Shown here one piece after another: positions 55,088-64,000 of a stretch of DNA of 64,000 bases. The notes beneath the pieces were generated by a model that was given only the letters and a program-made list of their open reading frames with translations, ran no database searches and was not told where the DNA came from. Every line of letters begins with the position of its first letter. The stretch's first letter is position 1. The translations under genes and the position numbers were made by a program. This DNA comes from an uncultured Clostridium sp. (GTDB lineage: Bacteria; Bacillota; Clostridia; TANB77; CAG-508), in the NCBI GenBank assembly GCA_900556975.1, contig USQZ01000003.1, forward strand, positions 5,310 to 69,309. The letters are read 5' to 3'.

Positions 55088-55792
55088 TTATATTAGTTTT
55101 TCTTCTTTTTTATTCTGATTATCATCTACCGAAAAATCATTCTTAAAAAACCATTTATATGCTCTGTTTGCGATTGCTTTAGTTTCAAAATAATCAATTC
55201 CACCTCCAGCAACTGCTCCTACAACTGGAACAACCCTAGATAAATTAATAATTCCTGTCGTTCCTGCTTTAGTAATAAATGTAAATCCTACTTTTTGATT
55301 TATTTTAATCAAAGCTTTTCCTGGTATTTTCTTAATTGTAGCATTTGTTAGTTTTATTCCGAATTTAATACCAGCTTGCTTTATTACATCAGTTACTGCC
55401 ACTCCTGCCAAGCAAGCATATACTAAAGTTTGAACTTGATCAGATTTTAAATCATAACCTGCAAGATAAGCTATACAAGCTATCATTCTCATTTGAACAT
55501 ACAATACACTTCCGACATTAACTGGAATAGTTACAGGTAATGTTATTATTCCACCAAATCCTGTTAAAAAACCTGATGTTGTACATTTAACGACTTGATT
55601 TTTAATCATTGCCTTTGCTGCCTTATTATTATTTGTTTCTTTGTCCAAATAATTTTTAGCAAATTCTTCTATTGATGGACTTACTTTTGGTACACCATTT
55701 AATGCTTTCTCATAACAATTATTTAGCACTTTCATAATGTCTTCCTGTGTAACTAGTTTCTTTTTATTTTCTTCTTTTTTATCTTCTTTCAC
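55088..55792 (-). CDS. EcsC-family protein
   Basis: GTG start 10 nt after AAAGGAG. The pattern TSGFLTGFGGIITLPVTIPVNV...MIACIAYLAGYD is typical of EcsC. Confidence 0.65.
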   Translation of the reverse strand: MKEDKKEENKKKLVTQEDIMKVLNNCYEKALNGVPKVSPSIEEFAKNYLDKETNNNKAAKAMIKNQVVKCTTSGFLTGFGGIITLPVTIPVNVGSVLYVQMRMIACIAYLAGYDLKSDQVQTLVYACLAGVAVTDVIKQAGIKFGIKLTNATIKKIPGKALIKINQKVGFTFITKAGTTGIINLSRVVPVVGAVAGGGIDYFETKAIANRAYKWFFKNDFSVDDNQNKKEEKLI

Positions 55793-56025
55793 TTTAAATC
55801 AACTCCTTTATTTTTTCAGTACAGGCTATGTTTTTTTCGCGAATTATTACTAAAATACAGATTACTATTTTCAATACTAGATATATTTATCTCTTAACCA
55901 TTTACATTTTTCTATGTTGCTCTTTCTTAATTTTGTATGAATTATATTTTTAAATTCATTATCATTTTCCTTCTTTATTACTATCATGAGATTCCTCCAA
56001 AACTATTATTTTTCAATTATTGTGT

Positions 56026-56469
56026 CTATGGAAACTCTTTCATAAAAGCTTTTTCCGCATTCATGTCGTAACCTAGACTTTTATAAAATTCATGTGCGCC
56101 TACATTATCACTTTCAGATGTAAAATAAATTAATTCACAATTACTTTCTACTGCAATTTCTTCTATTTTTTTGAAAAGTTTAGTTGCAATTCCTTTGTGT
56201 CTATATTCTGGATGAGTTCCAACCCACCATAAGGTCATAAAAGGTCTCTTTCCATCAAATAAATTATACGCTATAGTTACTGATGTATATCCAACAGTTT
56301 TTCCTTCTGATTTTGCTACTAAAAATCTATACATATTTTTGTTTTTATATAATTTTAAATATAAATCTTTTACATCATCTAAACCATATTCTTCGTTAAA
56401 TATCATTTTATTAAGATAATAACATTCTTCAATATCCTCATATTTTAAATCTTCAATAATTATTTCCAT
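56026..56469 (-). CDS. GNAT-family N-acetyltransferase
   Basis: Acetyl-CoA binding pattern HPEYRHKGIATKLF. Confidence 0.8.
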   Translation of the reverse strand: MEIIIEDLKYEDIEECYYLNKMIFNEEYGLDDVKDLYLKLYKNKNMYRFLVAKSEGKTVGYTSVTIAYNLFDGKRPFMTLWWVGTHPEYRHKGIATKLFKKIEEIAVESNCELIYFTSESDNVGAHEFYKSLGYDMNAEKAFMKEFP

Positions 56470-56619
56470 AAATCATTCCTCATTTCATTGTCTGTTGTAT
56501 ACATTATAAAGTTATTTCACACAGTTGTACATATATAAATTTCATTTTTTTCCAAAAAAGCTTCAAGCTATTTTAGCTTGAAGCCCTTTTTATACTAAAA
56601 TTTTATTTTTTCAAAATAT

Positions 56620-57396
56620 CTATCCTAATGCAACATCTAGTATCATCATTATTACAAAACCGATTGCTACTCCTATTGTAGCTATGTTTGAATGTTCTCC
56701 TGATTGTGCTTCTGGAATCAATTCTTCTACAACTACATATATCATAGCACCTGCTGCAAATGATAATAAATATGGCAAAATTGGAACTACTGCATTTGTT
56801 AATAATATTGTTATTATTGCACCTATTGGTTCTACAATTCCTGATAGGGTTCCATATATAAATGCTTTAAATTTTGATGTTCCTTCACTTTTTAGTGGCA
56901 TTGAAATTATGGCACCTTCTGGAAAGTTTTGTATTGCAATTCCTATTGCTAATGCAAATGCTCCAGCCATTGTTATTCCTGCATTTCCAATTAATGCTCC
57001 CGCAAACGTAACACCTACCGCCATTCCTTCTGGTATATTATGTAATGTTACTGCAAATACAAGCATCGTTGTTTTCTTGATTTTGGCTTTTATTCCTTCG
57101 GGCTTGTCTGAGTGTAAGTGCAAATGTGGAACTATGCTATCTAGTGCTAATAAAAATAATATTCCTATTAGGAAACCCACTGATGCTGGAATCCATGAAA
57201 TTATATTTTGTGATTCTGCCATATCGATTGATGGCATTAATAGTGACCATACTGATGCTGCAATCATTACTCCTGAGGCAAATCCAAGTAATAATTTTTC
57301 TACAGTTGCATTCATTTTGTTTTTCATTAAAAATACTGTTGCTGCTCCTAATGTTGTTCCTAAAAATGGTATCAATAATCCTAAAAATAATTGCAT
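56620..57396 (-). CDS. ZIP-family divalent metal transporter (ZupT-like)
   Basis: HNIPEGMAVG and QNFPEGA motifs with 8 TM segments. Confidence 0.85.
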   Translation of the reverse strand: MQLFLGLLIPFLGTTLGAATVFLMKNKMNATVEKLLLGFASGVMIAASVWSLLMPSIDMAESQNIISWIPASVGFLIGILFLLALDSIVPHLHLHSDKPEGIKAKIKKTTMLVFAVTLHNIPEGMAVGVTFAGALIGNAGITMAGAFALAIGIAIQNFPEGAIISMPLKSEGTSKFKAFIYGTLSGIVEPIGAIITILLTNAVVPILPYLLSFAAGAMIYVVVEELIPEAQSGEHSNIATIGVAIGFVIMMILDVALG

Positions 57397-57449
57397 TTAT
57401 ATTTTCTCCTTTTTATGTATTGTATTTCATAACTTTTCGCTTGCACTAT

Positions 57450-59153
57450 TTATTCTTGTGATAATTTTTTAATAATTTCTTCATGTGAAATCTTTATTGT
57501 TGTTGGTCTTCCGTGTGGGCATGTATATGGATTCTTTAGTGTTAATAACCCATTTATTAAATCGTCAACTTCTTGTCTTTTTAAATCCATATGTGCTTTT
57601 ACTGCTGCTTTACAAGCTACTGTTGCTATAAATCTTTCTTCAACGTCTTTTGAATTACTTCTTTGTCCTGTTAACATTTCGTCTAATATGTCCATAAAAA
57701 TATTTTTACTATTTGTTTTATATTCTAAATTTGGTATACCGTTTATTTTTATTGTATTTTCTCCAAATGTATCTAACTCAAATCCTATTTGCTTAAAAAG
57801 TTGCATATTTTGTTTTACAAATTCTGCTTCTCTATGTGAAAGATTGATTATCTCTGGTATTAGCATCATTTGACTGCTATTTTTTATGTTGTTTTTATAA
57901 TTTGCTTTGATTTGTTCATACAAAATTCTCTCGTGCGCAGCGTGTTGATCAATCAAATATATTTCATCATTTATTTCTACAATTATATATGTTCTAAATA
58001 AAATTCCTATAAATTTATACTCTATTTTTCTTTTTCCTTCTCTTGTAATCTCAGTTGCATCTGTTTTTTCTTCTGTTTCAGTCTTTTCAAAATGGTTTGT
58101 TAAAAAAGTATATTCATTTTCTACATAATCTTTTTCTACTTCTCTTTCATTATTGCCTAAAAATTCGCTACTTAAAATTGCCTCTTTTATTGCATGATAA
58201 AAAATTCTGTAAAGCTTGTCCTCTTCTTTAAATCGTACTTCTGATTTTGTCGGATGGACATTAACATCATAACAATCTGCTGGCATTTCTAAATTTAAAA
58301 TAAAGAATCCATATTTTCCTATTCCTGTTGCACCTTTAAACGCTTGGTCTGCACTACTATATAATATTTGATTTTTTATATTTCTTTTATTTAAAAATAT
58401 TATTTGATCTTTTCTTGAATCTTTTGCAATCTTTGTATTTCCTACTACTCCTGTTATCTTAATTTTATCTTCTTCATAATTAACTTTTACAATATTTTCT
58501 TTAATTTCTTTGCCATAGATTTTGTAAATTATATCTTCTATTTTTCCATCGCCATTTGATTGAAAAACTAGTTTTCCATCATTTATAAATTTAAAAGAAA
58601 TATCAAGATTAGCAATTGCAGCTTTTTGAATCCATTCTTTTATTGCTCTTGTTTCTGTTTGATCCTTTTTCAAAAACTTGTATCTAACTGGTGTATTAAA
58701 AAATAGTTCTTCTACTATAATAGTTGTGCCTTTGTTTGCAGCAACTTCTTCCATTTCTTCAATTTCACCTGCTCTTGATACCATTTTTATTCCGAAATTG
58801 CTTTCTTTTGTTTTTGAAATTAATGTAGTTTTTGAGATTGCTGATATGCTTGCTAAAGCCTCACCTCTGAACCCCATGGTATATGTGGTTTCTAAGTCTT
58901 CTATTTCTTTTATTTTACTGGTAGCGTGTCTTTCTAATGCAATAGGCATGTCTTCTCTTGACATGCCTTTCCCATTGTCTGAAACTTTTATTAATCCTTT
59001 TCCACCTTTTTTTATTTCAATAGACACAGATGTAGCACCTGCGTCTATTGAATTTTCTACTAATTCTTTTACTACATTTGCAGGTCTTTCTATAACTTCA
59101 CCTGCAGCTATTTTGTTTATTGTTAAATCATCTAATATTACAATATCGCTCAT
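57450..59153 (-). CDS. mutL: DNA mismatch repair endonuclease MutL
   Basis: N-terminal GHKL motifs IAAGEVIERP, DNGKGM and GFRGEAL. Endonuclease motif DQHAAHERILYE. C-terminal CPHGRP. Confidence 0.9.
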   Translation of the reverse strand: MSDIVILDDLTINKIAAGEVIERPANVVKELVENSIDAGATSVSIEIKKGGKGLIKVSDNGKGMSREDMPIALERHATSKIKEIEDLETTYTMGFRGEALASISAISKTTLISKTKESNFGIKMVSRAGEIEEMEEVAANKGTTIIVEELFFNTPVRYKFLKKDQTETRAIKEWIQKAAIANLDISFKFINDGKLVFQSNGDGKIEDIIYKIYGKEIKENIVKVNYEEDKIKITGVVGNTKIAKDSRKDQIIFLNKRNIKNQILYSSADQAFKGATGIGKYGFFILNLEMPADCYDVNVHPTKSEVRFKEEDKLYRIFYHAIKEAILSSEFLGNNEREVEKDYVENEYTFLTNHFEKTETEEKTDATEITREGKRKIEYKFIGILFRTYIIVEINDEIYLIDQHAAHERILYEQIKANYKNNIKNSSQMMLIPEIINLSHREAEFVKQNMQLFKQIGFELDTFGENTIKINGIPNLEYKTNSKNIFMDILDEMLTGQRSNSKDVEERFIATVACKAAVKAHMDLKRQEVDDLINGLLTLKNPYTCPHGRPTTIKISHEEIIKKLSQE

Positions 59154-61519
59154 TATTCATTTCCTTTTAAACTTGTTACCATATCTATCTTATTTACTTT
59201 CTTAGCTAATATATATGATGAGAATATTGATACTAATGCTGTTCCTATTAATGCATATATATATGATAATGTATTTATGTGCGCTGGCATATCATATGTT
59301 TCTGCAATTGCCATTTTAAAAATATAATCTGCTAAGAAAAATCCTGCCGGTAATCCAATTATTATTGATATAATTGTTATCCAGTTATTTTGCTTTATAT
59401 AAATTTTTCTTATTTGTTTATTTTTAAATCCTAATACTTTTAATGTTGCAAATTGGTATTGCTTTTCTGAGAATGATAATACACCTAAATTATAAATTAT
59501 TACAATTCCAAGTAGTGATGCAATTACAATTAATAAAACAATCATTGTTTGCATTGTGTTTAGCATATTGTTCATTCCGCTTCTTATTGCAACTTTATCT
59601 TGTATTACTTCTACTCCGTCTATTTCTTTAACATCTTTTAAATTTTGGTTGGTATATATACTATCCGCTCTGTATGTTATTCCTAGTGATTCTAAATACT
59701 TTCTTGTCATTTTTATATTTTGATTTTGTGGATCACTATCTAACCCAACAATTTTACTTTCGTGATATGTGTCATCTCCATAAATGTGCCATCTGATTGT
59801 GTCTCCAACTTTATATCCTTTAGTTTTGGCTAATTTTCTTGTTACAAAAACTCCATCATCTTTTAAATTTACATAGTTTCTGTCTCCATCTGTAAATCTT
59901 ATATATCCATTACTATCATCTACGAACGCATTGTTTGCTTCTTTCTTGTCTCCATTTTCAATTTCAATACCTAATGTTTCTGATGTTTCAGTTCCATATT
60001 CGTCTGTTAATTTTTTGAATTGTTCATCTGTATAATCTGCTTTTAATGATAATTTATAATCAAAATTATATAGGTCTTCGAATTGCCATTCCATGAAATT
60101 GTTCATTGTATCTCTTAATCCAAATGCACATGTTAGTATCATTGTACAGCTTGTTATTCCTACTATTCCCATTAAAGTTCTCATTTTATTTCTTAGGATA
60201 TCTCTTAGATTCCACTTGCTTGAGAATTTCATTTTTTTGAATATACCTTTTGATGTGAATCTGCTTCCTTTTACAGTTGGCATTTTTTCTCTTAATGTTT
60301 CTGCTGGTGATTCTTTTAATTCTGATCTACATGTTAAATACGTTACTAATGATATAATTAGTATTGAAACTAGTGCAACTATTACACTGCTATCTTCTAC
60401 AACAGCTCTTCCATTTGGAACTTCAAAATAAGACATTTCCATTTTTATAAACATTGTTCCAATTAGTAATGGTCCTGCTATGAATCCTACAATTCCTGCT
60501 AATACTGATATCCAGAATCCATATCCAACGTAGTGTGCTGTTATTTTTCCATTTTTAAATCCTAACGCTTTTAATGTTCCAATTTGAACTCTCTGCTTTT
60601 TTACTACTCTTGTCATTGTTGTTATTACTGATAATATTGCTATAAATAGAAATAGTCCAGTAAATACACCTACATATGTTTCTCCTTCTTCAATTTCTCC
60701 TTGATATGTTGAATATGATGTTGAATCTTTAATATCAGTAACTGCTAATGCTGATTTAACTTCATTTTCAATATCAGATTTTACTTGGTCTTTATTGCTT
60801 TCTTCATTTACATCAACAAGTACATAGTTAAATGTAAGATAATCTTTGTAATTAAAATTCTTTGCAACTGAATCAAAAATTTCTTCATTATCTATATTCA
60901 TTTTTTTCATTACAGATTGTTTAATGTAATCTTGTGGAAATTCATTTATTGATACATATGCAAATCCGAAATCTGTATGGTCTGGGAAAAGTGATGCTTC
61001 GTCTTTTACATCATATACATGATCTGGTACATTTATTAGGCCAAGTACTTTTTCTGTTATTTTTGTGCCATCATATTTTAAAGTTATTGTATCTCCAACT
61101 TTTACATTATTTTTTTCTGCATAGAAGTTATCTAGCCATATTCCGGCTTTATCTTTAGAAAATTCTTCTCCATCAATGATATAGAATTTTGAAATATTAT
61201 TAGATTCAATAAAACTTAATTCCATTGTTTTTTCTTCATGTGAATCTACTGTTGTTCTAATTGTTAGTTTTCTTTCAGCATCTTTTACATTTTTTATTGA
61301 TTTAATTTTGTTTAAATCGTCTTGTGTAAAATTTTCTCCCATAACTGTTAAATCTTCTAAATTACATTCTGAGTAAAATTTATTTGCTGACTCTGTCATT
61401 CCTCCCATATATGAGCGGACTCCACAATAAGCGAATACTCCTAAAAATACCATTAAAAAGATTGCTATAAATTGTGATTTATTTAATTTCATATCACGAA
61501 TCATTTTCTTTTTTAACAT
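59153..61519 (-). CDS. ABC transporter permease with two FtsX-type domains (MacB-like)
   Basis: 788 aa with two 4-TM FtsX modules separated by extracytoplasmic domains. Its stop TAA shares one base with the mutL ATG. Confidence 0.8.
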   Translation of the reverse strand: MLKKKMIRDMKLNKSQFIAIFLMVFLGVFAYCGVRSYMGGMTESANKFYSECNLEDLTVMGENFTQDDLNKIKSIKNVKDAERKLTIRTTVDSHEEKTMELSFIESNNISKFYIIDGEEFSKDKAGIWLDNFYAEKNNVKVGDTITLKYDGTKITEKVLGLINVPDHVYDVKDEASLFPDHTDFGFAYVSINEFPQDYIKQSVMKKMNIDNEEIFDSVAKNFNYKDYLTFNYVLVDVNEESNKDQVKSDIENEVKSALAVTDIKDSTSYSTYQGEIEEGETYVGVFTGLFLFIAILSVITTMTRVVKKQRVQIGTLKALGFKNGKITAHYVGYGFWISVLAGIVGFIAGPLLIGTMFIKMEMSYFEVPNGRAVVEDSSVIVALVSILIISLVTYLTCRSELKESPAETLREKMPTVKGSRFTSKGIFKKMKFSSKWNLRDILRNKMRTLMGIVGITSCTMILTCAFGLRDTMNNFMEWQFEDLYNFDYKLSLKADYTDEQFKKLTDEYGTETSETLGIEIENGDKKEANNAFVDDSNGYIRFTDGDRNYVNLKDDGVFVTRKLAKTKGYKVGDTIRWHIYGDDTYHESKIVGLDSDPQNQNIKMTRKYLESLGITYRADSIYTNQNLKDVKEIDGVEVIQDKVAIRSGMNNMLNTMQTMIVLLIVIASLLGIVIIYNLGVLSFSEKQYQFATLKVLGFKNKQIRKIYIKQNNWITIISIIIGLPAGFFLADYIFKMAIAETYDMPAHINTLSYIYALIGTALVSIFSSYILAKKVNKIDMVTSLKGNE

Positions 61520-61520
61520 T

Positions 61521-62231
61521 TTACCATTTCACCTCATCAATCTTTTTAGGATTTTCATTTGCAGTTACACTTTCTATTTTTCCGTTTTTTACTCTAATTA
61601 CTGTGTCTGCAATTTCGGCAAATAAACTGTTGTGTGTTACTATTATTACTGTGTTTGCTCTGTTATTTCCATCGCATTGTTTCTTTAATAATTTTAATAT
61701 TTCTACACCAGTTTTTGAATCAAGGGCTCCTGTTGGTTCGTCACATAATAAAAGTTTTGGATTTTTAGCAATTGCTCTTGCAATTGAAACTCTTTGTTGT
61801 TCCCCTCCTGATAATTGGCTTGGAAATTTGTTCATATGTTTTTCAAGCCCAACTGCTTTTATTGCTTCTTTGCTGTCTGTTCCTTCTTTTACAACGTCTT
61901 TAATTAATTCAACATTTTCTAAAACAGTTAATGTTGGAAGTATGTTATAGAATTGAAAAATAAATCCTATATTTTCAGCTCTATACTCGCTTAGTTTTGT
62001 ATCGTTGTATTTTGATATATCTTCTCCATCAATTTTTATACTTCCACTACTTGGTGTATCCATTCCTCCTATTAAGTTCAGTAGTGTTGATTTTCCGGCT
62101 CCTGATGGCCCAAGGACAACAACAAATTTTCCTTTTTCTATTTGTAAGTCTATGTTGTCTAAAGCTTTGAATTCTTGTTCTCCTGTTTTGTAGACTTTGC
62201 TTATTTTTTTGATTTCAACTATGTTTTCCAT
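61521..62231 (-). CDS. ABC transporter ATP-binding protein (MacB/LolD-like)
   Basis: [38 protein letters not shown]. Confidence 0.9.
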   Translation of the reverse strand: MENIVEIKKISKVYKTGEQEFKALDNIDLQIEKGKFVVVLGPSGAGKSTLLNLIGGMDTPSSGSIKIDGEDISKYNDTKLSEYRAENIGFIFQFYNILPTLTVLENVELIKDVVKEGTDSKEAIKAVGLEKHMNKFPSQLSGGEQQRVSIARAIAKNPKLLLCDEPTGALDSKTGVEILKLLKKQCDGNNRANTVIIVTHNSLFAEIADTVIRVKNGKIESVTANENPKKIDEVKW

Positions 62232-62280
62232 ATCTCATTCCTTTCTAAGTTATATGAAACTTATTTCACATTTCAGAAAT

Positions 62281-62309
62281 ATTATATTTATTTAACATTT
62301 AATTGTCAA
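62281..62309 (-). promoter_or_regulatory. sigma-A-type promoter for the ABC-mutL operon
   Basis: Minus strand reads TTGACA (62309-62304), 17-nt spacer, TATAAT (62286-62281). Confidence 0.6.
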
Positions 62310-62337
62310 TGGAAATACGAAACAAATTTCATATTAA

Positions 62338-62366
62338 TTGACTTTAATTTTATTTGATATTATAAT
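62338..62366 (+). promoter_or_regulatory. sigma-A-type promoter for the TetR gene (divergent)
   Basis: TTGACT (62338-62343), 17-nt spacer, TATAAT (62361-62366). Confidence 0.55.
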
Positions 62367-62406
62367 GTTAATTGTTAAAACTAATACAAAGGAGTTTTAT
62401 TTGCGA

Positions 62407-63009
62407 ATGACTGAGAATGAAATTAGAGAACCTGTTCAAAAACGTTCAATTGAAAAGAAAGAAAAAATTATAAATGCTGGATTTGATTTAATATGTCAGA
62501 AGGGTTACTATAATACGAATACAGCTGAAATTGCTAAATCTGCAGGTGTTTCAACTGGAATTATATATCAATATTTTAAAGATAAACATGATATTTTAAT
62601 TGCAGGTGTTGAAAAATATGCATCTGACATTTTCTATCCTATGCTAAATATTGCAACAACAAAATTTGAAAAAAAAGATTTAGATAAAATTCTTAGAACA
62701 ATGATTAAAAAATTTATAGAAAATCACAAACTTTCTCAAGAAGCTCACGAAGAAATAATGGCTATGACACATTCAGATAAAGAGATTGCAAAATATTTTC
62801 ATGAACATGAAATAGTGATGACTAATTCTGTTACAAACTTGCTATTGCAGAATGGATTTTCACAAGAAAATCTTTCAGAAAAAGTTCATATAGTGATACA
62901 TTTGATTGATGACCTTTGCCATGAGATTGTATATCATAAACATAAGGAAATGAATTATGATATTATGACGGATTTAACGATAAAAACAATTGAAGATTTG
63001 TTGAATTAA
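62407..63009 (+). CDS. TetR/AcrR-family transcriptional regulator
   Basis: HTH TAEIAKSAGVSTGIIYQYF. ATG 62407 follows AAGGAG; the track start is 62338. Confidence 0.85.
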   Translation: MTENEIREPVQKRSIEKKEKIINAGFDLICQKGYYNTNTAEIAKSAGVSTGIIYQYFKDKHDILIAGVEKYASDIFYPMLNIATTKFEKKDLDKILRTMIKKFIENHKLSQEAHEEIMAMTHSDKEIAKYFHEHEIVMTNSVTNLLLQNGFSQENLSEKVHIVIHLIDDLCHEIVYHKHKEMNYDIMTDLTIKTIEDLLN

Positions 63010-63011
63010 AA

Positions 63012-63054
63012 GCAAAAAGAGTATCTCTACTTAAAGTAGATTTACTCTTTTTGC
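63012..63054. terminator. bidirectional hairpin terminator between convergent genes
   Basis: gcaaaaagagta ... tactctttttgc with an inner tctactt/aagtaga stem. Confidence 0.7.
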
Positions 63055-63077
63055 AATTGTAAAATATGTTTTTAGCC

Positions 63078-63497
63078 TTATACTTCTTTTTCTCCTAAAT
63101 CCTGACTAAATCTTAATAAGTAGCCATTTGGATCTTGCACTAAAAATTCTCTACATCCTAGCAATGTATTTTCTTTTCTATACCAGTGGTCTTCTATTTC
63201 TACAAATATTTTATAATTAACTTTTTTCAATTTATTATATATTTCATCAATGTTTGGTACTTCTATTTGAAAGTTAATCCCTACTCCTAGTGGGTATTCT
63301 AGCTTTCCAGTCCCCCATTTATTATTTTCTATATCAATTTCTTGCAACATTATTTGCACATTTTCTAATTGTAAAAAAGCGAATTTATCTTCTTTTCTAT
63401 CATACTCTATATGAAATCCTATTAACTTTGTATAAAAATTCAAACTTTCTTCTAAACTAAAAACATCAAATTCTGGTATCATTTGATTCCAATTCAT
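63078..63497 (-). CDS. VOC-family (glyoxalase/bleomycin-resistance fold) protein
   Basis: 139 aa with a paired beta-alpha-beta-beta-beta pattern and ...DPNGYLLRF near the C-terminus. Confidence 0.65.
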   Translation of the reverse strand: MNWNQMIPEFDVFSLEESLNFYTKLIGFHIEYDRKEDKFAFLQLENVQIMLQEIDIENNKWGTGKLEYPLGVGINFQIEVPNIDEIYNKLKKVNYKIFVEIEDHWYRKENTLLGCREFLVQDPNGYLLRFSQDLGEKEV

Positions 63498-63524
63498 TCT
63501 TTCTCTCCATTCTGAAAATCAGTA

Positions 63525-63962
63525 TTATAAATATTTTGCTAAAAAGTATTTAGTCAATTTAGGATTTTCATCATCTTTTCTTACGAACTCAATTTTGAAT
63601 CCGCATTTTTCATAAAATTTAGGTGCTTGAAAATCATATGTTGTTAAATTAATATTACTAAAATCTCTACCTTTATAATGTTCCTCAACTGCTTTAATAA
63701 GATTACTTCCTATTTTTTTACCTCTATATTCTTCTGAGACTATAAGGTCTCCTATATGTATTTCTTTATAATACGAATGTCCTGTTATTACACCAACAAT
63801 TTTATTATCTTCTTTTGCTACAAAAACGAATGATTCATAATTGCACACTACACCTTTTTTCTCAGCATATTTCTCGAATCCTTCATCAATAAAATAATTA
63901 ATTTCTTCATTTTTATTATTTAGTAATTCAATATCTATCATTTTTTCTTCCCATATAATCAA
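63525..63962 (-). CDS. GNAT-family N-acetyltransferase
   Basis: EEYRGKKIGSNLI acetyl-CoA motif. The start may be the internal ATG at 63941. Confidence 0.75.
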   Translation of the reverse strand: MIIWEEKMIDIELLNNKNEEINYFIDEGFEKYAEKKGVVCNYESFVFVAKEDNKIVGVITGHSYYKEIHIGDLIVSEEYRGKKIGSNLIKAVEEHYKGRDFSNINLTTYDFQAPKFYEKCGFKIEFVRKDDENPKLTKYFLAKYL

Positions 63963-64000
63963 TCATATAAAAATAATTGATTAATTCCTTTCTCTTTAAT

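Noticed and set aside
55877-55987. 36-codon minus-strand ORF (MIVIKKENDNEFKNIIHTKLRKSNIEKCKWLRDKYI) with a GGAGG upstream, next to a GNAT gene
   Set aside because: It could be the N-terminal remnant of a duplicated GNAT gene or a real small protein. It is too short to support without homology or expression data.
56684-57472. 262-aa plus-strand ORF
   Set aside because: It lies entirely antisense to the well-supported ZIP transporter gene. Its translation is low-complexity (I/A/N/P-rich), it has no RBS, and it is a typical shadow ORF.

Overview
AT-rich segment (about 23-25% G+C by my hand counts of sample 60-nt lines) that looks like a low-GC Gram-positive, Clostridia/Firmicutes-type chromosome. 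It holds about 60 tightly packed genes, almost all on the minus strand. The core content is housekeeping: murT-gatD, an orphan dpaB, trmB, a VanW-like gene, a two-component system, nadD, tmk, metG, glmM, tgt-queA, coaE, rnhA, tmcAL, two pseudouridine synthases, thrS behind a Thr T-box leader, and mutL. Transporter modules are a GldA/F/G-like ABC set followed by a GT39 glycosyltransferase, a split zinc-type ABC operon, a ZIP transporter, and a MacB/FtsX-type ABC pair next to a TetR gene. I saw no rRNA, tRNA, CRISPR array, transposase or prophage genes. Six things stand out. (1) A GC-elevated island (50.86-53.8 kb) carries three tandem, separately promoted and terminated sporulation-type sigma-factor paralogs. 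All three share an extra, unrecognised C-terminal module of about 65 aa, and the island is bordered by a short MerR gene and a decayed phosphoesterase gene. (2) An ORF-free, GC-elevated transcription unit of about 640 nt (43.9-44.55 kb, minus strand) sits directly upstream of a small four-TM DxxxD protein. This is the expected size and context of OLE RNA with oapA. (3) Two families of structured intergenic repeats are present: family A with 3 copies and family B with 2 copies. Their helices are kept by compensatory changes or by copy-specific flanking inverted repeats. (4) A strongly GC-elevated single-gene insertion encodes a PhoH-type ATPase whose PIN-like N-terminus seems to have lost catalytic acidic residues. 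(5) Two large proteins (866 aa and about 560 aa) are charged, low-complexity and unassignable. (6) Several gene arrangements are unusual: mutL is translationally coupled to an ABC permease, and a zinc operon is interrupted by a fused membrane/spermidine-synthase-like gene. All functional calls come from motif recognition by eye. No database search was run.
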